DNA of 64,000 bases. Source: Mycobacterium sp. Its GTDB lineage: Bacteria; Actinomycetota; Actinomycetes; Mycobacteriales; Mycobacteriaceae. The stretch covers positions 19,138 to 83,137 of the forward strand of contig JAGQTQ010000024.1 in assembly GCA_020438905.1 (NCBI GenBank), in the 5' to 3' direction. The translations under genes and the position numbers were made by a program. Below are positions 10,967-21,653 of this stretch, one piece after another (the first letter of the stretch is position 1; each line of letters begins with the position of its first letter). Under the pieces are notes generated by a model, which ran no database searches, was not told where the DNA came from, and was given only the letters and a program-made list of their open reading frames with translations.

Positions 10967-13900
10967 GTGCCCAGCCAGAGCGTCGAACCGAACCGGATCG
11001 CTCGGCTCGTCGCCGTCATCGCCGGTCTGGCCGGCATCCTGCTCTGCGCGCTCTCCCCCCTGCTGCCGGTGACCCAGACCACGGCCACCATCCTGTGGCC
11101 GCAGGCTCCCGGACCCGACGGGCTCGTCGGCGATATCACCGCCCCGCTGGTCTCCGGCGCTCCTGAGGCTCTTGACGCGTCGATCCCGTGCTCAGCCGTC
11201 GCCACCCTTCCGCCGTCCGGCGGAGTGCTGTTCTCGACCAACCCCGCCGACGGTATCGACGCCTCCCGCAACGGGCTGTTCGTGCGCGCGAATTCGGACA
11301 CGGTGCTGGTGGCCTTCCGCGACACCGTGGCGGCGGTCGCCCCCCGCAAGGCCGTGGAGTCCGGCGCCTGCAGCACCGTGCACGTCTGGGCCAACCCAGG
11401 TGCGGTCGGCGCGGACTTCGTCGGCATCCCCGGGGCGTCGGGCACCCTGAACCCCGATAAGAAGCCCCAGGTGACCGGTGTCTTCACCGATCTGAAGGTG
11501 CCCGCTCAGCCCGGACTGTCGGCCCGCATCGACGTCGACACCCGCTTCATCACCAGCCCCACAGCGCTGAAAACGGCGGTGATGGCGGCCGGGGTGTTGT
11601 GCGTGATCGCGGCGATGGTCTCGCTGGCCCTGCTGGACCGCGGCTGGGCCCCCGGCCGCGTCACCGCCGCGCGACGGCGGCTCTGGCGGCACTGGCCGGC
11701 CGATGTCGGTGTCGTCGGCACCCTGCTGGTCTGGCACGTCATCGGAGCGATCTCCTCCGACGACGGCTACAACCTGACCATCGCCAGAGTCTCCGGCGAG
11801 GCCGGGTACAACGCGAACTACTACCGGTTCTTCGGTACGAGCGAGGCCCCGTTCGACTGGTATCAGTCGCTGTTGGCGCAGTTCGCTTCGGTGAGCACCG
11901 CCGGGGTGTGGATGCGCCTTCCGGCGTTGGCGGCCGCGATCGGCAGCTGGCTGATCCTCAGCCACCGGGTGCTACCCCGGCTCGGACCCGCCGCCGGCGG
12001 CCTGACTCACAACCGGATCGCGGTGACCACCGCCGGCGCGGTCTTCCTGGCCGCCTGGCTGCCGTTCAACAACGGCCTTCGCCCCGAGCCCCTGATCGCC
12101 TTCGGCGTGCTGCTGGTGTGGATGCTGGTGGAGCGGACCATCGCCACCCGCCGCCTGGCGCCGACCGCCGTAGCGATCGTGGTCGCGGTGTTCTGTGTGA
12201 CGCTGGCCCCACAGGGACTGATGGCCGCCGCTCCCCTTCTGGTGGGCTCTCGGGCCGTGGCCCGGATCATCGGTGCCCGCCGGGTCCGCGACGGCGTGAT
12301 CGCCCCGCTGGCCACATTGACCGCGGCGGCCTCGGTGTTCTTCGTGGTGGTCTTCCGCGACCAGACCCTGGCCACCGTCGCCGAGTCGGTCCGGATCAAA
12401 TACGTTGTCGGCCCGACGATCTCGTGGTATCAGGACTTCCTGCGCTACTACTTCCTCACGGTCGAGGAGCACGTCGAGGCATCACTGACGCGGCGCTTCG
12501 CGGTGCTGGTGATGCTGCTGTGCCTGTTCGCCATTCTGGCGATGCTGCTTCGCAAGGGGCAGTTGCCCGGGCTGGCCCGCGGTCCGGTGTGGCGGCTGAT
12601 CGGCAGCACCGCCCTGGGACTGCTGCTGCTGACGTTCACTCCGACGAAGTGGGCGGTGCAGTTCGGCGTTTTCGCCGCACTGACCGCGGCGTTGGGAGCG
12701 GTGACGGCATTCGCCTTCGCCACCGTCGGACTGCACAGCCGCCGCAACCTCGCGCTGTACGTGACGGCCCTGCTGTTCGTCGTGGCCTGGGCCACCTCCG
12801 GGATCAACGGGTGGTTCTACGTGGGCAATTACGGGGTGCCCTGGTATGACCGCCAGCCCGTCCTGCTGCATCAGCCGGTGACCTCGATGTTCCTCGCGCT
12901 GGCGATCATCACCGGCCTGCTGGCCGGCTGGCTGCACTTCCGTATCGACTACGCCGGGCATACCGAGGTCGCCAACACCCGGCGCAACCGATTGCTGGCG
13001 TCGACCCCGCTGCTGGCTTTCTCGCTCATCATGGTGCTGCTGGCGGTGGGCTCGATGGCCAAGGCCTTCGCCCAGCGCTACCCGGCTTACACCAATGGCA
13101 AAGCCGGCCTGGAGGCGCTGCGCTCCGGGCTGTCGAAGAACAGCTGCGCGATGGCCGATGACGTCCTGGTCGAGGCGGATCCCAACGCCGGGATGCTGCA
13201 ACCCGCTCCGGGCCAGACCTGGGGACGGTACGGCCCACTGGGCGGCGAGAAGCCGATCGGGTTCACCCCCAACGGAATCAGCGACACCCTCGACCCCGTC
13301 GCACCCTTCATCGCCAACCCGGGAACGGTCAACTCCGACGGTTCGCCGAACAAGCCCAATGTCGGAATCGGGTTCTCCGGCGGCACCGGCGGCGGCTACG
13401 GACCGGTCGGCGTCAACGGCTCTAAGGTGTTCCTGCCGTTCGGACTGGACCCGAAAACGACGCCGGTGATGGGCAGCTACAAGGAGAACACGGTAGCGGC
13501 CAAGGCCACCTCGGCGTGGTACGAACTGCCGCCCCGCTCCCCCGACCGTCCGCTGGTCACCGTGGCCGCCGCAGGCGCGATCTGGTACTACGACGAAGAG
13601 GGCGAGTTCCACTACGGGCAGTCCCTCAAACTGCAGTGGGGCGTGCGCAAGCCTGACGGCACCTTCGAGGCCCTCGACAAGGTCCAGCCGATCGACACCA
13701 TCGAACAAGTGGCCTGGCGCAACCTGCGATTCCCGCTCTCCTGGGCCCCGGCAGAGGCCAACGTGGCCCGCATCGTCGCCGACGACCCCAACCTGAGCAG
13801 CGAGCAGTGGTTCGGGTTCACCCCGCCGCGCGTGCCGATCCTGCAGACCGCGCAGGATTTCCTGGGTACCCAGACCCCGGTGCTGATGGACATCGCCTCG

Positions 13901-14236
13901 GCGGCCCAGTTTCCCTGCCAGCGCCCGTTCTCCGAGCATCTGGGTGTCGCCGAGCTTCCGCAGTACCGGATACTGCCCAACCTCAAGCAGGTGGTGGTGT
14001 CATCGAACATGTGGCAGTCCGCGCGCGCGGGCGGCCCGTTCCTGTTCATTCAGGCGCTGCTGAGCACCGCCACGGTGCCGACCTATCTGCGCGACGACTG
14101 GTACCGCGATTGGGGCGAGATCGAGCGGTACATCCGGGTGGTGCCCGCCGCCGAGGCTCCCGACGCCGTCATCGACCAAGGCTCCCAGCGGGTGCTGGGA
14201 TGGAGCCGCAACGGACCGATCAGGGCACTCCCATGA
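10967..14236 (+). CDS. embA: Arabinosyltransferase EmbA
   Basis: [24 protein letters not shown] (EmbA-type), C-terminal GPIRALP. Confidence 0.96.
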   Translation: MPSQSVEPNRIARLVAVIAGLAGILLCALSPLLPVTQTTATILWPQAPGPDGLVGDITAPLVSGAPEALDASIPCSAVATLPPSGGVLFSTNPADGIDASRNGLFVRANSDTVLVAFRDTVAAVAPRKAVESGACSTVHVWANPGAVGADFVGIPGASGTLNPDKKPQVTGVFTDLKVPAQPGLSARIDVDTRFITSPTALKTAVMAAGVLCVIAAMVSLALLDRGWAPGRVTAARRRLWRHWPADVGVVGTLLVWHVIGAISSDDGYNLTIARVSGEAGYNANYYRFFGTSEAPFDWYQSLLAQFASVSTAGVWMRLPALAAAIGSWLILSHRVLPRLGPAAGGLTHNRIAVTTAGAVFLAAWLPFNNGLRPEPLIAFGVLLVWMLVERTIATRRLAPTAVAIVVAVFCVTLAPQGLMAAAPLLVGSRAVARIIGARRVRDGVIAPLATLTAAASVFFVVVFRDQTLATVAESVRIKYVVGPTISWYQDFLRYYFLTVEEHVEASLTRRFAVLVMLLCLFAILAMLLRKGQLPGLARGPVWRLIGSTALGLLLLTFTPTKWAVQFGVFAALTAALGAVTAFAFATVGLHSRRNLALYVTALLFVVAWATSGINGWFYVGNYGVPWYDRQPVLLHQPVTSMFLALAIITGLLAGWLHFRIDYAGHTEVANTRRNRLLASTPLLAFSLIMVLLAVGSMAKAFAQRYPAYTNGKAGLEALRSGLSKNSCAMADDVLVEADPNAGMLQPAPGQTWGRYGPLGGEKPIGFTPNGISDTLDPVAPFIANPGTVNSDGSPNKPNVGIGFSGGTGGGYGPVGVNGSKVFLPFGLDPKTTPVMGSYKENTVAAKATSAWYELPPRSPDRPLVTVAAAGAIWYYDEEGEFHYGQSLKLQWGVRKPDGTFEALDKVQPIDTIEQVAWRNLRFPLSWAPAEANVARIVADDPNLSSEQWFGFTPPRVPILQTAQDFLGTQTPVLMDIASAAQFPCQRPFSEHLGVAELPQYRILPNLKQVVVSSNMWQSARAGGPFLFIQALLSTATVPTYLRDDWYRDWGEIERYIRVVPAAEAPDAVIDQGSQRVLGWSRNGPIRALP

Positions 14237-14271
14237 ACCAAACGGCGTCCACGAATCAGACGGCACGATGA
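14233..14271 (+). other. 12-codon bridging mini-ORF ([12 protein letters not shown]) with ATGA overlaps to embA and embB
   Basis: ATG 14233 overlaps the embA TGA (14234-36); its TGA (14269-71) overlaps the embB ATG (14268). Confidence 0.55.
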
Positions 14272-17200
14272 CACAGGCAGCTGCGATGAGCCAGATCCCC
14301 TCGGACACCCCGGCCGACCGGGAGGTGACGATCACCCGATGGGTGGCCACCGTCGCGGGCCTGCTGGGATTCGTGATGGCAGTGCTGACCCCGCTGCTGC
14401 CGGTCGTACAGACCACCGCCACGTTGAACTGGCCGCAGGGCGGGCGCCTCGACAACGTCACCTCCCCGCTGATCTCGCTGAGCCCGGTGTCGATGACCGC
14501 GACCGTGCCCTGCGAGGTCATCCGCGCCATGCCGCCCAAGGGGGGCATGGTCCTCGGACTGGCACCGCAGAAGGCCAAGGACGCCGCGCTCAACTCGCTG
14601 TTCGTGACGGTCAACTCCCAACGGGTGGACATCACCGACCGCAACGTGGTGATCGCCAGCGTGCCGCGCTCGCAGGTGATCGCACCGGACTGTCAGCGCA
14701 TCGAGATCACCTCCACCGATAAGGGCACCTTCGCGGAGTTCATCGGGGTCCCGCCCGACCCGGAGGCGCTCAAGGACGAGGACTCTCCCCAGACCGGCTA
14801 CGACTACCTGCGCGGCGGCTTCGCCGATCCCAACCTCCGGCCCAACATCGTCGGGGTCTTCACCGACCTGACCGGCCCGGCCCCGCCCGGGCTGAGCGTC
14901 TCCGCCGTCATCGACACCCGCTTCACCACCAAGCCCACAGCGCTGAAACTGACCGCGATGCTGCTGGCGATCGCCGCGACGGTGGTGGCACTGGCTGCGT
15001 TGTGGCGACTGGACCGCCTCGACGGGCGCCGCATGCACCGGATCATCCCGCAACGCTGGCGCACCTTCACCGCGGTGGACCTCACCGTGGTCAGCGCCTT
15101 CCTGGTGTGGCACGTGATGGGCGCCAACTCCTCCGACGACGGCTACATCCTGGGCATGGCCCGGGTCGCCGACCGCGCCGGCTACATGTCGAACTACTTC
15201 CGGTGGTTCGGCAGCCCCGAGGATCCCTTCGGCTGGTACTACAACCTGCTCGCATTGATGACCCACGTCAGCGACGCGAGCATCTGGATTCGCCTCCCCG
15301 ACCTCGCCTGTGCGCTGATCTGCTGGCTGCTGCTGTCCCGCGAGGTGCTGCCCCGGCTCGGCCCGGCGGTGTCGGGCAGCAGGGCCGCGCTGTGGGCGGC
15401 GGGACTGGTGCTGCTGGCCGCATGGATGCCGTTCAACAACGGGCTTCGCCCGGAGGGGCAGATCGCCACCGGCGCGCTGGTCACCTACGTGCTCATCGAG
15501 CGGGCGATCACCTCGGGCCGACTGACACCGGCCGCGCTGGCCATCATCACCGCGGCGTTCACGCTCGGCATCCAACCGACCGGGCTGATCGCCGTCGCCG
15601 CACTGCTGGCCGGCGGCCGGCCCATCCTGCGAATCCTGATGCGCCGCCGCGCGATTGTCGGCACCTGGCCGCTGGTGGCCCCACTGCTGGCGGCTGGCAC
15701 CGTGATCCTGACGGTGGTGTTCGCCGATCAGACCCTGGCCACGGTGCTGGAGGCCACCCGCATCCGCACCGACATCGGCCCCAGCCAGGAGTGGTACACC
15801 GAGAACCTGCGCTACTACTACCTGATCCTGCCGACGGTCGACGGTTCGTTGTCGAGGCGGTTCGGATTCCTCATCACCGCGTTCTCGCTGTTCGCCTCGA
15901 TGTTCATCATGTTGCGGCGCAAGCGGGTTCCCGGCGTGGCGCGCGGGCCGGCCTGGCGGCTGATGGGCGTCATCTTCGCGACGATGTTCGTGCTGATGTT
16001 CACGCCAACGAAGTGGGTGCACCACTTCGGCCTGTTCGCCGCGGTGGGCGCGGCCATGGCAGCCTTGGCGACCGTTCTGGTGTCGCCGGCCGTGCTGCGC
16101 TGGTCGCGCAACCGGATGGCCGTCGTCACGGCGGTGCTGTTCCTGCTGGCTCTGACGTTCGCCACCACCAACGGCTGGTGGTACGTGTCGAGTTACGGGG
16201 TCCCGTTCAACAACACGATGCCCGCCATCGCCGGAATCAGCGTCAGCACAATGTTTTTGGGCCTGTTCTTCGTGTCCGCCATCTACACCGTCTGGCTGCA
16301 TTTCACCGCGCGCAGCCGCGGCGAAGGCACGATCGCACGGGCTCTGACGGCGGCGCCGATCCCGGTCGCGGCCGGGTTCATGGTGCTGGTCTTCGTAGCG
16401 TCGATGACCGCAGGCGTGATCCGCCAGTACCCGACCTACTCCAACGGCTGGGCCAACCTTCGGGCGCTGGCGGGCGGCTGCGGCCTGGCCGACGACGTGC
16501 TCGTCGAACCCGACCCGAACAACGGCTTCCTCACCCCGCAACCCGGCGATTACGGGCCGTTGGGCCCTCTCGGCGGAAGCAAGCCGGTCGGGTTCAGCGC
16601 CGACGGCGTTCCGGAGAAGATCGTGGCCGAGGCGATCCGGGTCAACAACCCGATGCCGGGTGTAGACCACGACTGGGAGGGGCCGTTCACCCTTTCCCAG
16701 CCCGGCGTCAACGGATCCACGGTGCCGCTGCCCTACCAGCTCGACCCCGCCCGGGTGCCGCTGGCCGGCAGCTACGCCGATACGGCACAGCAGGAAAGCC
16801 TGTTGACCTCGGCATGGTACGAGCTGCCACCGGATGACGGCACGCACCCGCTGGTGGTCGTGACCGCGGCCGGGACCATCTCCGGCAACAGTGTTCTCAA
16901 CGACCACACCGACGGGCAGACCGTGGAACTGGAGTACGGCAGGCCGGGACCCGGCGGCACCGTGGCGGCCGGACGGGTGCAGCCCTACGACCTGGGACCG
17001 GCTCCGTCGTGGCGCAACCTTCGCTATCCGCGCTCCCAGATTCCGGCGGATGCGACGGCGGTGCGGATCGTCGCCGAGGACCGCTCGCTGTCGATCGGGG
17101 ACTGGGTGGCCGTCACCCCGCCGCGGGTGCCTGACCTGCGGACCGTCCAGGAGTACGTGGGGTCCACCCAGCCGGTCCTGATGGACTGGGCGGTGGGGCT

Positions 17201-17522
17201 GGCCTTCCCGTGCCAGCAGCCGATGCTGCACTCCAACGGGGTGACCCAGGTGCCGAAGTTCCGGATCACGCCGGATTACACGGCCAAGAAGCAGGACACC
17301 GACACCTGGGAGGACGGCCGCAACGGCGGTCTGCTGGGGATCAGCGATCTGCTGCTGCGGGCGCATGTGATGGCCACCTATCTGTCGCACGACTGGGGCC
17401 GGGACTGGGGCTCGCTGCGCAAGTTCGACACCATCGTCGACGCCCAGCCGGCCGAGTTGGAACTGGGCACCGCGACCCGCGGCGGGTTGTGGAAGCCGGG
17501 GCAGATCCGGATCAAAGCCTGA
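14268..17522 (+). CDS. embB: Arabinosyltransferase EmbB
   Basis: NSSDDGYILGMARVA, YMSNYFRWFGSPEDPFGWYY, FTPTKWVHHFG. Confidence 0.96.
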   Translation: MTQAAAMSQIPSDTPADREVTITRWVATVAGLLGFVMAVLTPLLPVVQTTATLNWPQGGRLDNVTSPLISLSPVSMTATVPCEVIRAMPPKGGMVLGLAPQKAKDAALNSLFVTVNSQRVDITDRNVVIASVPRSQVIAPDCQRIEITSTDKGTFAEFIGVPPDPEALKDEDSPQTGYDYLRGGFADPNLRPNIVGVFTDLTGPAPPGLSVSAVIDTRFTTKPTALKLTAMLLAIAATVVALAALWRLDRLDGRRMHRIIPQRWRTFTAVDLTVVSAFLVWHVMGANSSDDGYILGMARVADRAGYMSNYFRWFGSPEDPFGWYYNLLALMTHVSDASIWIRLPDLACALICWLLLSREVLPRLGPAVSGSRAALWAAGLVLLAAWMPFNNGLRPEGQIATGALVTYVLIERAITSGRLTPAALAIITAAFTLGIQPTGLIAVAALLAGGRPILRILMRRRAIVGTWPLVAPLLAAGTVILTVVFADQTLATVLEATRIRTDIGPSQEWYTENLRYYYLILPTVDGSLSRRFGFLITAFSLFASMFIMLRRKRVPGVARGPAWRLMGVIFATMFVLMFTPTKWVHHFGLFAAVGAAMAALATVLVSPAVLRWSRNRMAVVTAVLFLLALTFATTNGWWYVSSYGVPFNNTMPAIAGISVSTMFLGLFFVSAIYTVWLHFTARSRGEGTIARALTAAPIPVAAGFMVLVFVASMTAGVIRQYPTYSNGWANLRALAGGCGLADDVLVEPDPNNGFLTPQPGDYGPLGPLGGSKPVGFSADGVPEKIVAEAIRVNNPMPGVDHDWEGPFTLSQPGVNGSTVPLPYQLDPARVPLAGSYADTAQQESLLTSAWYELPPDDGTHPLVVVTAAGTISGNSVLNDHTDGQTVELEYGRPGPGGTVAAGRVQPYDLGPAPSWRNLRYPRSQIPADATAVRIVAEDRSLSIGDWVAVTPPRVPDLRTVQEYVGSTQPVLMDWAVGLAFPCQQPMLHSNGVTQVPKFRITPDYTAKKQDTDTWEDGRNGGLLGISDLLLRAHVMATYLSHDWGRDWGSLRKFDTIVDAQPAELELGTATRGGLWKPGQIRIKA

Positions 17523-17539
17523 TCCCCGTGGCGGAGCCC

Positions 17540-17950
17540 TTAAGCGGTCCTGGCCAGGAGCTCATAGGCGACGCCCAGCGTGCGGTAGGTCTGCTCGGCG
17601 CGCTTGTCGCAGGTGATCAGGGGCAACTTGTGCTCGCGCGCGGCCACTCCGACCAGACCGTCGTAGAACGCGCCACCGGCCAGCCCTGCGTCGGCGAATT
17701 CCTGTAAAAGCTTCGCCATGCGCGTTGCCGAAAGAAACCGGGATTCGGGAAAGTTCACCCTCTCGAGGCGCAACGCCGTAGCTGGGTTGAGGCGCTGCGG
17801 CGGAGGCAGGCGGGTGAGGACGGACAGCAGTTCCACTGCGGCATGACCGGACATCCCCCGGCGGCACTGCAGCAGCCGGTGTTTGGCGGCCGGGTGAAAC
17901 GGATTCTCCGGCTGGACCAGGGCGATAGCCGCGCTGGTATCGACGAGCAC
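17540..17950 (-). CDS. vapC: PIN-domain toxin (VapC family)
   Basis: VLVDTSAAIA N-terminus, ELLSVLTR, FYDGLV, LITCDKR acidic PIN motifs; GTG at 17950 just downstream of the antitoxin. Confidence 0.88.
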   Translation of the reverse strand: MLVDTSAAIALVQPENPFHPAAKHRLLQCRRGMSGHAAVELLSVLTRLPPPQRLNPATALRLERVNFPESRFLSATRMAKLLQEFADAGLAGGAFYDGLVGVAAREHKLPLITCDKRAEQTYRTLGVAYELLARTA

Positions 17951-17954
17951 ATGC

Positions 17955-18188
17955 TCAGCGCTGGTCGGCAAGCCGCATCTCCCTGACGGCGTCTTCGTCC
18001 AGACCCAACCCGCCGGTCGGCAGCAGCAGCAGGCCGTCTGCCTCGACGAGATCGTCGGCGGCCACACTCTCGATCCGGATCGAAGCCCCCTCGACGGTGA
18101 TTTCCACCTCTCCGGCGCCGATACCCACCTGCTCGCGCAGCACCTTCGGTACTACCAATCTTCCGGCTTTATCAATGGTAGTTCGCAT
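17955..18188 (-). CDS. vapB: AbrB/MazE/SpoVT-family antitoxin (VapB)
   Basis: MRTTIDKAGRLVVPKVLREQVGI swapped-hairpin signature, 77 aa, upstream of the PIN toxin. Confidence 0.88.
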   Translation of the reverse strand: MRTTIDKAGRLVVPKVLREQVGIGAGEVEITVEGASIRIESVAADDLVEADGLLLLPTGGLGLDEDAVREMRLADQR

Positions 18189-18200
18189 ACCATTAAGCTA
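18174..18200 (-). promoter_or_regulatory. vapBC -10 (TAGCTT, 18200-18195) and operator-like inverted repeat AATGGTA-N7-TACCATT (18174-18194)
   Basis: Perfect 7-bp inverted repeat spanning the start codon; -10 is 6 nt before the ATG. Confidence 0.6.
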
Positions 18201-18221
18201 CCACCAGCGTGCGGCAGTCGG

Positions 18222-20264
18222 TCAGAGTCCGCTTTCGATCGGCTCGGGGACTGGGGCAACCGTGAGAATGGTTGCGCCGACAGTGATTTCACCGGATTCC
18301 ACCGGTTCGATCGGCCCGAATTTCCTGGCGTTCAGGATGATGACCGGAGTCACCAGGGAATAGCCGCCGTCCTCAATGACCTTGGGGTCGAAGCTCACCA
18401 GCGGAGTCCCCGCCGTGACCCGATCACCCTTGGCCACCTTGACATCGAACCCTTCGCCCTTCAGTTTCACGGTGTCGATGCCGATGTGGATCAGCACCTC
18501 GACGCCGCTGTCCAGCAGCAGCCCGAACGCATGGCCGGTTGGCTGCGCGGCGACGACCACCCCGGAACCGGGTGCGTACGCCGTGTTCCCGGAGGGCTCA
18601 ATCGCGACGCCCGGACCCATGATGCCCTTACCGAAAACGGGATCGGGCACCTCGCTCAGCGCCATCAACGTGCCGTCGAGGGGAGCCTTGATCTCGGTGG
18701 CCACACCGGCCTCGCCGGCGGCCTTGGTCGCGGCAGCGGCGACCAACGTGTCCGGGCTGGCTTCTCCGATCGGCCCTTCCAGGTCGGCGACCGGCACCTC
18801 TGCGGCCGCTGCGGCGGCGGCCTGCTCGGGTGTCCGGTAGCCGGAGATGATCACCAGCACCATCGAGGTGACGAAGGCCGCCAGGACGGCCCCCGCGTAG
18901 AGACCCATATTGCTGAACGCCGGAATGGTCAGCAGCGAGGTGAAGACGAAGGCACTGGTCTTGACTCCGCCGCCGATGCCGATGATCAATCCGCCCACCA
19001 GACAGCCCACCAGCATCCGCGGGTAGATCCGTTTGAACCGCAGATGGATTCCGTACAGCGACGGCTCCGATATGCCACCGAGCAACCCGGCGGCCAGACC
19101 GCCGATCGCGGTCTGGCGCATCTGCTTGTCGCGCTCCCGCCAGGCCAGGAACAGCACGCCTGCGGTGGCGCCGAAGCAGGCGAAGTTCCACGCGCCCATC
19201 GGACCCTGGATGTAGTCGTAGCCCAGCGTCTGGATGTTGAGCAGCATGATCGCGTTGATCGGCCAATGCAGGCCCAGCGGAACCATGAACGGATAGGCCA
19301 ACGGGATCAGGATCGCGAAGATGAACGGCGAGAAGTCGTTGATCGACTTCAGCAGGTTGGCCAGGCCCGCGCCGGTGTACACGCCGATCGGCCCGATCAC
19401 GAACGCGGTCAGCGGGAGCATGACGAGCATCGACAGGAAGGGCACGAAGATCAGCTGGACGTTCTCCGGGATGAGCCTCTTCAAGTACTTGTAGAGCGGT
19501 CCGAGCACCGCGGCCATGAGCAGCGGCGGGAAGACCTGGGAGCTGTAGTTGAAGATCGTCAGCGGCAGCCCGAAGACCTGCACGACGTCGACCTGGGAGC
19601 CGAAGATGTTCTTGGACTCGGTGAAATCCTTCAGCGCGGCGAACCCGGGCAGCATGACCACGGCCATGATGGCGAACCCGACCCACGGGTCGGCGCCGAG
19701 TTTCTTCGAGGCGTTGTAGGCGACCATCAGCGGCAGGAAGACGAACACGCTCTGCCAGCACAGGTTGACGAACTGCCAGGTCGGCGACAGCGCACTGGCC
19801 TCACGGGGGTCGGCCCAGTTGGGGATCACGCCCAGGGTGCTCATCAGCGCCATGAACGTGATGAACAGCGAAGCGCCCAACAGCGCGCCGAGGATCGGCC
19901 GGAACGAGTCGGACAGGAACTCGAAGAACGAGTCCAGCCAGGCCACCTTGCCCCTCGGCCCCTTGGCCCGGGCCGCGGCCTTGATCGCCGCGGCGTCCGC
20001 CCCGGCACCGCCTCCGTCCATACCGGGCAGCGCCTTGATCTGGTTGTAGACCGTCTGCACCCCGCCGCCGATGACCACCTGATAGCGGTTGCCGGCCTGG
20101 GGCACCGCGCCCATCACCCCGGACACCGACTCCAGATCGGACTGCTTGACCCCCGAGGCGTCGTGGAGTTGAAAACGCAACCGGGTGGCGCAGTGCGAGA
20201 GGCTCTCGATGTTCGCCGCCCCGCCGAGTTTGCTGACGATATCGGCAGCGGTGTTCGCAGACAT
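18222..20264 (-). CDS. PTS sugar permease EIIBCA (glucose/beta-glucoside type, resembling corynebacterial PtsG)
   Basis: EIIB HCATRLRF, EIIC PLGLHW and GGISEPSLYG, EIIA DPVFGKGIMGPG and EVLIHIGIDTVKL. Confidence 0.9.
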   Translation of the reverse strand: MSANTAADIVSKLGGAANIESLSHCATRLRFQLHDASGVKQSDLESVSGVMGAVPQAGNRYQVVIGGGVQTVYNQIKALPGMDGGGAGADAAAIKAAARAKGPRGKVAWLDSFFEFLSDSFRPILGALLGASLFITFMALMSTLGVIPNWADPREASALSPTWQFVNLCWQSVFVFLPLMVAYNASKKLGADPWVGFAIMAVVMLPGFAALKDFTESKNIFGSQVDVVQVFGLPLTIFNYSSQVFPPLLMAAVLGPLYKYLKRLIPENVQLIFVPFLSMLVMLPLTAFVIGPIGVYTGAGLANLLKSINDFSPFIFAILIPLAYPFMVPLGLHWPINAIMLLNIQTLGYDYIQGPMGAWNFACFGATAGVLFLAWRERDKQMRQTAIGGLAAGLLGGISEPSLYGIHLRFKRIYPRMLVGCLVGGLIIGIGGGVKTSAFVFTSLLTIPAFSNMGLYAGAVLAAFVTSMVLVIISGYRTPEQAAAAAAAEVPVADLEGPIGEASPDTLVAAAATKAAGEAGVATEIKAPLDGTLMALSEVPDPVFGKGIMGPGVAIEPSGNTAYAPGSGVVVAAQPTGHAFGLLLDSGVEVLIHIGIDTVKLKGEGFDVKVAKGDRVTAGTPLVSFDPKVIEDGGYSLVTPVIILNARKFGPIEPVESGEITVGATILTVAPVPEPIESGL

Positions 20265-20383
20265 TTAGGTCTCAACCCTCCATCGCCTTCGGCGCGCCCC
20301 GGCCGGGGGTGAGCAGATGGTATCGACGTTGCGGTCGTGACGGATCCGGATTACGCCGCAAAGCCGTGATCGAATACGGGGAT

Positions 20384-21646
20384 TCAGGGGGCGGCGGGCT
20401 GGGACGTTGGAAGCTGCGGGGCCGGGGTCGGGGAGGCCGGGTTCGGAATGGCCGGCGTCGGGGGAACCGCGGTGCGCAGTCGCTCGGGGATTCGCGACCA
20501 CACCGTCTGGTCGCCCTGTGAGTTCACCCGGGCGCAGTAGGCGTCGGTCCCGTCGGCGTCGACGGCCGCCGCGCCCAGGACCGCACAGTCGGCCCCCATC
20601 ACGACCACGGGCAGGTCCATCCGCGACGACGCCGCCGGCGGCGGTGCTGCGGGCTGCGGCCGGGCGGCCGGACGATCGTCATGCGTCAGCAACCACACCG
20701 CCGCGCCCACCGCGGCTCCGGCGAGAGCGGTGCCCAACACCGCCGGTAACCACCGACGTCGCAGCACCGACGTCGAACCGGATTTGCGATGCCTCGCCGA
20801 TCCGCCGGGCGGGGCGCCCAGTGCCTGCCCCATCGCCCGGGCGAAGTCGCGGCAGTTGCCGAACCGGCCGGCCGGATTCTTGGCCAGCGCCTTGACGAAG
20901 ACCGGGCCGAACCCCGAGAGGTCGGCCCGGTCGATGGACGGCGGCGCGGCGCTGAGGTGCTTGCTGATCACCACGGCCGGATTGCTGTTGGAAAACGGCG
21001 CCGCGCCGGTCAGCAGATGGAAGGCGGTGGCGGCCAGCGCGTACTGGTCGGCCCGGCCGTCGATCCGCTCTCCTTTGAGCTGTTCGGGCGCCGCGTAGGT
21101 CACCGTGCCGACCGTCATCTCCGCGCCGGTGAGATCGCTGGCCTGGTCGATCCAGCGGGCGACCCCGAAGTCGGCGAGCATCACCCGATCGTCTGCCGAG
21201 CCCGGCGTTCCGAGCAGGATGTTGGCCGGCTTGATGTCCCGGTGCAGCAGCTTGCGGCTGTGCGCGTAGTCGAGCGCCTCGGCCACTGCGCCGACGATCC
21301 GCACCACCTCGGCGGGCGGGATCCCCTTGGGGTACTTGTCCTGCAATAAGCGCCCGGCGTCGATGCCGTCGACGAACTCCATCGCGATCCACAGTTTGTC
21401 GTCGGCCTCGCCGCGGTCGTAGATGGTGACGATATGGGGATGGCGCAACGTCGCGACCATCTCGGCTTCCTGGTTGAACCGCTGCCGGTATTCCTCGTCG
21501 TGGCTGACGGCGGCACCGAGCACCTTCAGCGCGTCCCGGCGAGGCAACCTCGGGTGTTCGGCCAGGTACACCTCGCCCATACCCCCCGCGCCGAGGATGC
21601 GCAGGATCGTGTAACCGGCGAAGACCTGGCCGTCCGCTAACGGCAT
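20384..21646 (-). CDS. Hanks-type Ser/Thr protein kinase (PknF/PknI-like) with TM and a small Cys-pair extracellular domain
   Basis: [36 protein letters not shown]; TM segment WLPAVLG...VWLL. Confidence 0.92.
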   Translation of the reverse strand: MPLADGQVFAGYTILRILGAGGMGEVYLAEHPRLPRRDALKVLGAAVSHDEEYRQRFNQEAEMVATLRHPHIVTIYDRGEADDKLWIAMEFVDGIDAGRLLQDKYPKGIPPAEVVRIVGAVAEALDYAHSRKLLHRDIKPANILLGTPGSADDRVMLADFGVARWIDQASDLTGAEMTVGTVTYAAPEQLKGERIDGRADQYALAATAFHLLTGAAPFSNSNPAVVISKHLSAAPPSIDRADLSGFGPVFVKALAKNPAGRFGNCRDFARAMGQALGAPPGGSARHRKSGSTSVLRRRWLPAVLGTALAGAAVGAAVWLLTHDDRPAARPQPAAPPPAASSRMDLPVVVMGADCAVLGAAAVDADGTDAYCARVNSQGDQTVWSRIPERLRTAVPPTPAIPNPASPTPAPQLPTSQPAAP

Positions 21647-21653
21647 CGGCGGA

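Noticed and set aside
8401-11166. 921-aa Arg/Pro-rich same-strand ORF overlapping embC
   Set aside because: Off-frame reading of embC with the composition typical of GC-rich alternative frames
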